A DNA stretch of 64,000 bases. It comes from an uncultured Acidimicrobiaceae bacterium. GTDB taxonomy: Bacteria > Actinomycetota > Acidimicrobiia > Acidimicrobiales > Bog-793. Below, in pieces: positions 1-7,856 of this stretch; the stretch's first letter is position 1, and each line of letters opens with the position of its first letter. The notes below the pieces were generated by a model, which saw only the letters and a program-made list of their open reading frames with translations, had not been told where the DNA came from and did not search any database. The position numbers and the translations under genes are program-made. The DNA lies in contig CAVZYD010000006.1 of the NCBI GenBank assembly GCA_963779425.1, positions 372,447 to 436,446 of the forward strand, written 5' to 3'.

Positions 1-83
1 GTGATACTGGCTTTGCTCGTCGCTTTGGGGGTTGTCGCGGCGAAGCGTCTTCGCGGCGACTGACGACCGAGTGGGCGCAGCTT

Positions 84-1235
84 TCAGCTGCTGCGCCTGC
101 GCGAGCCCAACCACCATCCAGCCGCGGCGGCCCCGGCGCCGAGGGCGACGGCCCCCGCCGAGGCGGCGATGGCCGGCCGGGGAGGCACGGCGCCGAGCCG
201 GTCACGCACCCTGGTCCAAAGGCTTACGGTCTGGCTGAAGTGCAGCACCTCGAACTCGTGCTCGCGGGCGTAACGGTGGAGCACACGGTCGGGATTGACG
301 GCAACGGGGTGGCCGACGGCCTCGAGCATCGGTAGGTCGGTGTAGGAATCGGTGTACGCGTACGAGGCGGCGAGGTCGATGCCGCGCTCCGCCGCGAGGG
401 CGTCCATCGCCTCGGCCTTGAAGGGCCCGAAAGCGTAGAACTGCATCTTGCCCGTGTAGCGGCCCTCGTCGTCGACTCGCGCCTGGCTCGCGATGCAGTC
501 GTCCGCGCCGAGAAAGCGGCTGAGCGGGGTGACGATCTCCTCCGGGGATGCCGACACGATCACGACCAGGCGGCCTTGTTCGTGGTGCCAGTCGATGAGG
601 TCGGCGGCCTCGGCGAAGATGATCGGCTCGACGATCGCCTCGATCGCCTCCGCCACTATCTCTCGCACCCGGTCGCTGTGCCACCCCTTTATCAGGCGGA
701 GGACCGACTCCCTGATCCGGTTGAGCTTCTGCTCGCTCGCCCCGAGGTGGAGGTACACGAGCTCCCCGTAAAGCGCCCGCAGCACGGTCCGGCGATTGAT
801 CAAACCGCCGTGGTAGAAGGACCGACCGAAGGCGACCATCGAGGCTTTTGCGATGACCGTCTTGTCGAGATCGAAAAAAGCGGCTTGGAGCGTGCCGTAG
901 CTGTGCGGGACGATGCGCTCGAGGGGGCGCACGGCTCCGCTGAGCTTGGTTTCGCTCTCCGGCACCGCAGGGCCGGGATCGCTCGGGTCGACCTCGCCGG
1001 GGGCGGCCTCCGCTCTGTTGCGGTGGCGGCCGCGGTTGCGGCTGCGGCGCCGCCTGGTCTCGGGCGGCGACGCTTCGGCGTCTTGCGCCTCTGCTTGGTC
1101 CGGCTCGAGAGCCGCGCCTGCCTCCCTGGCCTCAGGCGCCTCCGGCCCCGCTTTGACCGGCTCCGGCTCGAGAGCCTCCCCCGGCTCGCTCGCCGCAGCT
1201 TGTTCGGCCTGCGACCCGTCTGTGGCGTCGCTCAC
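84..1235 (-). CDS. HAD-IB family hydrolase (SerB-like) with long disordered N-terminal extension and C-terminal TM anchor
   Basis: Motif I AAFFDLDKTVI, motif II VSAS, C-terminal AYTDSYTDLPML..VGHPVAVNPD. GTG start at 1235 overlaps the upstream trkA TGA (GTGA). Confidence 0.85.
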   Translation of the reverse strand: MSDATDGSQAEQAAASEPGEALEPEPVKAGPEAPEAREAGAALEPDQAEAQDAEASPPETRRRRSRNRGRHRNRAEAAPGEVDPSDPGPAVPESETKLSGAVRPLERIVPHSYGTLQAAFFDLDKTVIAKASMVAFGRSFYHGGLINRRTVLRALYGELVYLHLGASEQKLNRIRESVLRLIKGWHSDRVREIVAEAIEAIVEPIIFAEAADLIDWHHEQGRLVVIVSASPEEIVTPLSRFLGADDCIASQARVDDEGRYTGKMQFYAFGPFKAEAMDALAAERGIDLAASYAYTDSYTDLPMLEAVGHPVAVNPDRVLHRYAREHEFEVLHFSQTVSLWTRVRDRLGAVPPRPAIAASAGAVALGAGAAAAGWWLGSRRRSS

Positions 1236-1900
1236 GAGCCTTGGAGGAGGATCGAGCGGATCTCGTCGTCTTCGCACAGGGCGCTGACGAGCAAAACGAC
1301 CTCGTCTCCGACGCCCAAGGGCGAGTCCGACCGGGGCACGACGACGTGGCCCTCCCGCACGAGGGCCACGACCGCGGCACCCCGGGGGAGCACGACGGCG
1401 CCGAACTCGGTCCCGACGACGGGCGAGCTCTCGTCGAGAGTCACCTCCATGAGCCTTGTGTGGCTGCCGTCGAACTGCAGCAGGCGGACGAGCATCCCGA
1501 CCGACACCGCCTCCTCGACGAGGCCGGCGAGCAGCTGAGGTGTCGATACCGCCACGTCCACGCCCCACATCTCGTTGAAGAGCCAGTGGTTCTTCGGGTG
1601 GTTCACCCGGGCGAGCACCCTGGGGACGGCGAATTCCTGTTTGGCCAGCTGGGAGATGACGAGATTGTCCTCGTCGTCGCCCGTGGTGGCCACGACGACG
1701 TCCATCTCGTCGAAATGGGCCGCCTTGAGCGAGTTCACCTCGCAGGCATCCGCCAGGATGTAACGGACGCCGTCGATGGGCGGCAAGGAGGCGACGAGCT
1801 CGGCGTTCGAATCGAGCAGCTGCACGTCGTGGCCGTTCTGGGCGAGGTCCTCGGCAAGAAACCGGCCCACCTTGCCTGCACCCGCGACTGCCACTTTCAT
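1232..1900 (-). CDS. trkA: TrkA/KtrA family potassium uptake regulatory protein (RCK_N + RCK_C), CeoC-like
   Basis: MKVAVAGAGKVG Rossmann GxGxxG, TGDDEDNLV, C-terminal TrkA_C. ATGA overlap with upstream gene. Confidence 0.9.
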   Translation of the reverse strand: MKVAVAGAGKVGRFLAEDLAQNGHDVQLLDSNAELVASLPPIDGVRYILADACEVNSLKAAHFDEMDVVVATTGDDEDNLVISQLAKQEFAVPRVLARVNHPKNHWLFNEMWGVDVAVSTPQLLAGLVEEAVSVGMLVRLLQFDGSHTRLMEVTLDESSPVVGTEFGAVVLPRGAAVVALVREGHVVVPRSDSPLGVGDEVVLLVSALCEDDEIRSILLQGS

Positions 1901-2589
1901 CGCTCGTTCTCCCCGTGCCTCGGTCCCGGCACGATCGACACGCCCGGGAACAGCGCCTCCAGCTTGGCTTCTATCTCGTAGGTGACGATGAGGCTGAGAA
2001 CATCGCCCTCCTGGGCGATCAGGTCTTCGACGTCGATCGCCGGCACGCCCGTGCGGGTCACGGCGACGACCCGGAGCCCGTTGCCGTGCAGCGCCTCGGG
2101 CGGCAGGCGGTGCCCCGCCCACTGCTTGGGCAAGGGCTGTTCGACCAGGTGGAGCCGGCCGGTCGAGTTCGACCATAAGGTGATGCAGCGTTCGGGCAGC
2201 ATCCGGCGCAGCACATGATCGATCGTCCAAGCGACGGTCGGCACCGTCGGTATGCCGAGACGCTGGAAGATCTCGGCCCGGCGAGGGTCATAGATCCGTG
2301 CCACCACGTGGGGTATCTCGTAGGTCTCCCGAGCGATGCGGGCGCAGAGGATATTGGAGTTGTCGCCACTTGTGACAGCGGCAAGGGCGGAGGCGTCCTT
2401 CGCCCTTGCCTCTTCGAGGTGGTCCCTGTCGAACCCGTAGCCGACGACTTTCTGGCCCGACCAGTCTGCGGGCAGGCGCCTAAAAGAGCGGGGGATCTTG
2501 TCGATGATGGCGACCGAGTGACCGGCGTTGGTCAGTTCGACGGCAAGGCCCGAACCGACTCTCCCGCACCCGATGACGACTACGTGCAT
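1897..2589 (-). CDS. trkA: TrkA family potassium uptake regulatory protein, CeoB-like
   Basis: MHVVVIGCGRVG, TSGDNSNIL, ARIYDPRRAEIFQRLGIPTV, typical of the actinobacterial tandem trkA pair. Confidence 0.9.
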   Translation of the reverse strand: MHVVVIGCGRVGSGLAVELTNAGHSVAIIDKIPRSFRRLPADWSGQKVVGYGFDRDHLEEARAKDASALAAVTSGDNSNILCARIARETYEIPHVVARIYDPRRAEIFQRLGIPTVPTVAWTIDHVLRRMLPERCITLWSNSTGRLHLVEQPLPKQWAGHRLPPEALHGNGLRVVAVTRTGVPAIDVEDLIAQEGDVLSLIVTYEIEAKLEALFPGVSIVPGPRHGENER

Positions 2590-2702
2590 GGGACTATCGA
2601 ACACCCGGGCACTGTCCCGCACAACTCGCCAGGCCTTGGTGCAGGCGCCCGTCGTGGCACCTCGACGGCTCGGCCCGTTGCGCAGAAGGCGACAAAGTAG
2701 GC

Positions 2703-5270
2703 TTGCGGGTTGTGCCAGGCGGACCTACTGACGAGCTTGGCCTGTCCCCAGCCGAGCAGGTGGTCTCGCCGGAGCTGAAGGGACAAACCGCCGGCGGCGG
2801 GAACGGGGCGCTCGGCGCCGCCCCCGGTGTCTATGTCCATCCGGCTCCCGGTGACGCCGTCATCCTGCCCGAATCGCTCTCCTATCGGCTGAAAAAGGCC
2901 CTGCTGGGGCCGCCTTTGATCACCGAGCGCCTTTCCGTGGAACGTCTCGGCAAGCCGACGGCGCTCGGCGTCCTCTCGCCCGACTGCATCTCGTCCACGG
3001 CCTATGGATCCGAGGAGATCCTCTACGTACTGGTGAGGGCTGTCGGCGTGGCCGCCTTCAGCCTGCTCTTGCCCATCACACTGGCCGTCATCGTCGTTCT
3101 CTTGTTCGTCACCCTCTCTTACCGAGAGGTCGTCATGGTCTACACCCGGGCCGGCGGCTCTTATGTCGTGGCCAGGGAGAACTTCGGCGTGAAGGTGGCA
3201 CAGATCGCCGCCGTGGCTTTGATCATCGACTACATCGTGACCGTCGCAGTGCAGGTGGCGGCAGGGACGGACGCCTTGACCTCGGCGTTCCCGACGCTGT
3301 CGCACGGCGTCGTACCGCTGGTCATCTCCCTCGCCGTCGTCGCGTTCATGTGCTACGGCAACCTGCGAGGGATCCGCGAGGCGGGCCACACCTTCGCCAT
3401 CCCGACGTACCTTTTCATCGTCGCCACCGGGTCGTTGATCATCATCGGCCTCATCCGCGCCGCCCTCGGCCAGCTGCACGCCCACTCGATCCATCATCCC
3501 GGGGTCGTTCCCATCGGGACGCCCGGCAGCGGACTGTTTTACGGTGCCGGGATCATCATCGTGCTGCGCGCCTTTGCCAACGGCGGGTCCTCGCTCACGG
3601 GTCTCGAAGCGATCTCGAACGGCGTCTCGACGTTCCGCCAGCCCGAAGGGCCCAATGCACGGCGCGTGCTCGTCATCATGGCGATCATCCTCGGCTCGCT
3701 CGTCTCGGGGGTATCCCTCCTCGCCCACATAACCCACGCCGTCCCGTACCTCGATGGCAGCCCGACGGTGCTTTCCCAGGAGGCCCATTACGTTTTCGGC
3801 TCGAGCTGGATCGGCAAGTTCGGTTTCTACTTCGTCCAGGCCGCCACGATGCTCATCTTGTGGACGGGCGGCAACACGAGCTTCAACGGCTTCCCGAACC
3901 TGGCCAGCTTCGTGGCCGAAGACTCCTTCCTCCCCCGCCAGCTCACCCGCCGGGGCCACCGGCTCGTGTTCTCCAACGGCATCATCCTTTTGACCGTCGC
4001 CGCCGAGGCGCTCCTGATCGTGACCAACGCCCAGCTGGACGTGCTGGTCGGCGTCTACGCCGTAGGCGTGTTCACCGGCTTCACTTTCGCCGGCTTCGGT
4101 ATGTCCAAGCACCACCTCCGCATGAGAGAACCGGGCTGGAGGCACAAGCTCGCCATCAACGGCTTCGCTGGGATCCTCTCGCTCAGCGTCGTTCTCATCT
4201 TCGTCATCGTGAAGTTCAAAGAGGGGGTCTGGATCGTCGTCGTGCTCTTCATCGTCCTCGTGCCCACCTTGATCCGGCTGCACAAGCAGTACGAGGAGGA
4301 GCAAAAAGAGCTCGAGGAGAACGTCTCCAACGCCGCCATCGCCCCGGTGCTACGGCGCCACGTCGTCCTCGTGTTCGTCGACCGGCTCGACCTCGCCACC
4401 GCGCGGGCCCTCCAGTACGCCCGCACGCTCAATCCGGACGAGCTGCGGGCGGTGCACTTCATCTTGGACAGCGCCCATTCGGCCCAGCTCGAGAACCAGT
4501 GGAGCGAGCTCGGGCTGTCGCGCTTTCCCCTCGATCTCATCGAGTGTCCGGACAGGCGCCTCACGAGGGCCTCGATGGAGCTGATCGCCGAAGTGGCGGC
4601 CGACGGCCAGACCGAGGTGTCGGTCCTGCTCCCGCACCGGGTCTTCGAAGGGGTGTGGCAGCGGGTGTTGCACGACCACACGGCTGACCACATCGCCGCT
4701 TTCGTGGACCAGCTACCGAATGTGAACGCGACCATCGTGCCCTTCCAGCTCGGGAGACGTCGCAAGCAGCTGGTCCCCTGGAAGGCGGGCGGAACGCAAG
4801 GCTCCCACGCCCTGCACGACGCCCAGTACGGCACGATCGCTTCCAGCCGGGGCGCGCGTGAGGCGGGCGCCAAGACGGCGGCCGAGCACGCCGCCGGGTT
4901 CCAGAGCCCTTCCGCGTCGGGCTTGGCGGCCGGTGCCGTCCCGATCGGCAATCTGCGTTCCCGCCAGCCGGCGCGGGTCTCGGGACGCATCCGCACAGTG
5001 CGCGTACAGCCGCGGGCCGGAGTCTCGTCCCTCGAGTGCACGATCGCCGACGGGACGGGCCAGCTGATGCTCGTGTTCCAAGGCCGCCGGCGAGTGGCCG
5101 GCATAGAGCCGGGGGCTCATGTCGTGGTGGAGGGCATGGTCGCCGCACGGGGCCGCAACCTCGTCATGGCTAACCCGCTCTATTGGATAGTCTCCACCTC
5201 AAACCAGGTCGAGACGCCCTCAAGCGGCGGACACGGCCATCACGAAGCCGGCCCCGGTCACAACCAGTAG
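2703..5270 (+). CDS. APC-superfamily KimA/YdaO-like K+ transporter with C-terminal OB-fold fusion (start may be GTG 2712)
   Basis: LSPDCISSTAYGSEE, GGSYVVARENFG, LTGLEAISNGV, FLPRQLTRRGHRLVFSNGI, about 12 TM segments, USP-like cytosolic domain, then an OB-fold (VSGRIRTV..LECTIADGTGQLMLVFQGRRRVAGIEPG..NPLY). Confidence 0.85.
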   Translation: MRVVPGGPTDELGLSPAEQVVSPELKGQTAGGGNGALGAAPGVYVHPAPGDAVILPESLSYRLKKALLGPPLITERLSVERLGKPTALGVLSPDCISSTAYGSEEILYVLVRAVGVAAFSLLLPITLAVIVVLLFVTLSYREVVMVYTRAGGSYVVARENFGVKVAQIAAVALIIDYIVTVAVQVAAGTDALTSAFPTLSHGVVPLVISLAVVAFMCYGNLRGIREAGHTFAIPTYLFIVATGSLIIIGLIRAALGQLHAHSIHHPGVVPIGTPGSGLFYGAGIIIVLRAFANGGSSLTGLEAISNGVSTFRQPEGPNARRVLVIMAIILGSLVSGVSLLAHITHAVPYLDGSPTVLSQEAHYVFGSSWIGKFGFYFVQAATMLILWTGGNTSFNGFPNLASFVAEDSFLPRQLTRRGHRLVFSNGIILLTVAAEALLIVTNAQLDVLVGVYAVGVFTGFTFAGFGMSKHHLRMREPGWRHKLAINGFAGILSLSVVLIFVIVKFKEGVWIVVVLFIVLVPTLIRLHKQYEEEQKELEENVSNAAIAPVLRRHVVLVFVDRLDLATARALQYARTLNPDELRAVHFILDSAHSAQLENQWSELGLSRFPLDLIECPDRRLTRASMELIAEVAADGQTEVSVLLPHRVFEGVWQRVLHDHTADHIAAFVDQLPNVNATIVPFQLGRRRKQLVPWKAGGTQGSHALHDAQYGTIASSRGAREAGAKTAAEHAAGFQSPSASGLAAGAVPIGNLRSRQPARVSGRIRTVRVQPRAGVSSLECTIADGTGQLMLVFQGRRRVAGIEPGAHVVVEGMVAARGRNLVMANPLYWIVSTSNQVETPSSGGHGHHEAGPGHNQ

Positions 5271-5432
5271 CGCAAGGTGTGAAGGTCCGGCTTGCGGAGC
5301 CGGACCTCCCCCGAGCCAAGCGCTCGAGAGACCCCCGGCCCTGGTTGTCGGTAGTCTGCGCGATTTTGCACGGTTTGAATGTCTCCGGTCGCCTACCGTA
5401 ACGTGCGATCGACCCGACCAAAGGAGCAAGTA

Positions 5433-7799
5433 GTGGTTCCCCATGTCCTCGCGGCTGGTGGCTACCAGGCTTTCGTGCTTGGTGGCACCGGGCGAGCCTG
5501 GCTCATCTTCGGCCTCGCCACAGGTTTGATAGCCATCGCAACGGCCCTGTACCTCATGCGCGGCGTGCTGGCGGCCGACACCGGCACGGACTCGATGCGC
5601 GAGATCGCCGCTGCGATCCAAGAAGGGGCCGTCGCTTTCCTACGCCGCCAGTTCAAGACCATCGCCTTCATCGTCGTGCCGCTTTTCGTGCTCGTGTTCT
5701 TCACCGCCACCAAGATCGTCCGACCGGACGGCACCGTGGCGCTGAGCTTTGTGCAGTCCGGCTTCGCCCGTGCCATCGCCTTTTTGTGTGGGGCTTTGTT
5801 CTCCGGCATGACGGGCTTCATCGGCATGAGCCTGTCGGTTCGCGGCAATGTCCGAACGGCTGCCGCCGCCCGCCAGGGCAAGCTGCCGCCGGCGCTGAAG
5901 GTGGCCTTCCGTACCGGCGGCATCACGGGTCTTCTCTGTGTCGGCCTCGGCCTCATCGGGGCGACGACGATCGTGTTCATCTTCCAAAACAGCGCTACAG
6001 CCGTGCTGGTGGGCTTCGGGTTCGGAGCATCGCTCATCGCCCTGTTCATGCGTGTCGGCGGCGGCATCTTCACAAAGGCCGCCGACGTCGGGGCCGACCT
6101 CGTCGGCAAGGTGGAGGCCGGCATCCCCGAGGACGACCCGCGCAACGCCGCCACGATCGCCGACAACGTCGGTGACAACGTCGGCGACTGTGCAGGCATG
6201 GCGGCTGACCTGTTCGAGTCGTACGAGATCACGATCATCGCTTCTTTGATCCTCGGGTACTCGGCGTTCCAGACGCTCCACCTGCCACCCACGCGCGGCC
6301 TGCTCTTCCCCCTCATCGTGGCCGGCATCGGCATCCTCACATCTGTGATCGGTATCTTCATCGTGCGGGCGCGCGACAACGACAAGTCGGCAATGGCACC
6401 GATCAACCGGGGCTTTCGCACAGGCGCCCTGCTCACCCTCGTGGGCGCCTTCTTTGTGGCGCAGTTCTACGTCCGAGACCTGAAGGTCTTCTGGGCCGTG
6501 CTCATCGGCGTCGTGCTGGCGAACGTGGCGAGCCTCATCACCGAGCACTTCACTTCGACTGACCAGGGCCCGGTGCAAGAGATCGCGGACGCGACCCGCA
6601 CGGGCCCGGCCACGACCGTGCTCGCCGGCATCTCGATCGGCCTCGAATCGAGCGTGTGGGCGATCATCGCCATCGTCATCGCCATCGCTGGCGCTGTGGC
6701 CTTGGGCGGTGGCAAGCTGACCGTGTCGCTCTATCTCGTCGCCCTCGTCGGCATCGGCATGCTCTCGACGACCGGGATGATCATCTCGGAGGACTCCTTC
6801 GGTCCGGTCTCGGACAATGCCGCCGGCATCGCCGAGATGTCGGGCGAGTTCACCGGTGAGGCCGAGCGGGTCATGGTGAGCCTCGACGCCGTGGGCAACA
6901 CCACCAAGGCGATCACGAAGGGAGTTGCGATCGGCTCCGCGGTCATCGCCGCCGTAGCCCTTTTCTCCTCGTTCATCGAGACAATCGGCAACCAGCTGCC
7001 ACAGCTCAAGCACGTAACCGGGGATGCCCTGTTCCACAATTCGCTCACCCAGATCAATGTCGCCGTGCCGACGACGTTCATCGGTCTTTTGATCGGGGGA
7101 TCGATCGCCTTTTTGTTCTCCTCGCTCGCCATTAGGGCCGTCGGCCGCTCGGCGGGGACGGTCGTCGAAGAGGTGCGCCGCCAGTTCCGCGAGCACCCCG
7201 GGATCATGGACTACAGCGAGAAGCCCGAATACGGCAACGTGATCTCGATCTGCACGGCGGCCTCGCAGCGCGAGCTCGCGACACCCGCCCTTCTGGCGGT
7301 CCTGTCTCCTGTCATCGTCGGGTTCGGGATCAACTACATAGCTCTCGGCGCCTTCCTCACCGGCACGATCCTTACCGGTCAGCTGATGGCGAACTTCCTT
7401 TCGAACTCAGGTGGTGCCTGGGACAACGCGAAGAAGTACATCGAGGACGGCCACCTCGGGGGCAAGGGCTCGGATTGTCACAAGGCGGCCGTCATCGGCG
7501 ACACCGTCGGAGACCCGTTCAAGGACACGGCCGGCCCGGCGCTCAATCCGCTCATCAAGGTGATGAACCTCGTGTCGTTGCTCGTGCTGCCCGCCGTGAT
7601 CACGCTGCGGCACAACGACGCCGCCCGCTTTTCCGTGGCGGGTGTCGCTCTTTTGATCCTCCTCACCGCGATCGCCTTCTCGAAGCGCGCGACAGGCACG
7701 CTCGAGGCCGGGACAGTCGAACTCGCCGCTGCCGTTCCGCAAGGAAGCCCGGCGCCCGGCGCATCGCACAGCAGCGAGGATGCTGCCATTGGCTCCTAA
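5433..7799 (+). CDS. hppA: Membrane-bound H+-translocating pyrophosphatase, K+-independent type
   Basis: GGGIFTKAADVGADLVGKVE, DNVGDNVGD, GGAWDNAKKYIE, GDTVGDPFKDT. GNTTKA has Lys at the K+-dependence-determining site. RBS AAGGAG before GTG 5433. Confidence 0.95.
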   Translation: MVPHVLAAGGYQAFVLGGTGRAWLIFGLATGLIAIATALYLMRGVLAADTGTDSMREIAAAIQEGAVAFLRRQFKTIAFIVVPLFVLVFFTATKIVRPDGTVALSFVQSGFARAIAFLCGALFSGMTGFIGMSLSVRGNVRTAAAARQGKLPPALKVAFRTGGITGLLCVGLGLIGATTIVFIFQNSATAVLVGFGFGASLIALFMRVGGGIFTKAADVGADLVGKVEAGIPEDDPRNAATIADNVGDNVGDCAGMAADLFESYEITIIASLILGYSAFQTLHLPPTRGLLFPLIVAGIGILTSVIGIFIVRARDNDKSAMAPINRGFRTGALLTLVGAFFVAQFYVRDLKVFWAVLIGVVLANVASLITEHFTSTDQGPVQEIADATRTGPATTVLAGISIGLESSVWAIIAIVIAIAGAVALGGGKLTVSLYLVALVGIGMLSTTGMIISEDSFGPVSDNAAGIAEMSGEFTGEAERVMVSLDAVGNTTKAITKGVAIGSAVIAAVALFSSFIETIGNQLPQLKHVTGDALFHNSLTQINVAVPTTFIGLLIGGSIAFLFSSLAIRAVGRSAGTVVEEVRRQFREHPGIMDYSEKPEYGNVISICTAASQRELATPALLAVLSPVIVGFGINYIALGAFLTGTILTGQLMANFLSNSGGAWDNAKKYIEDGHLGGKGSDCHKAAVIGDTVGDPFKDTAGPALNPLIKVMNLVSLLVLPAVITLRHNDAARFSVAGVALLILLTAIAFSKRATGTLEAGTVELAAAVPQGSPAPGASHSSEDAAIGS

Positions 7800-7856
7800 C
7801 TCCCCGCGGACTGGCGTAACCTCGACCGCCTGCCCCCAAGAACGGGACGAGTCCAT

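Noticed and set aside
5433-7799. Na+-translocating pyrophosphatase
   Set aside because: GNTTKA (Lys) marks the K+-independent subfamily, which is mostly H+-pumping. Typical Na+-PPases are K+-dependent and have Ala at this site.
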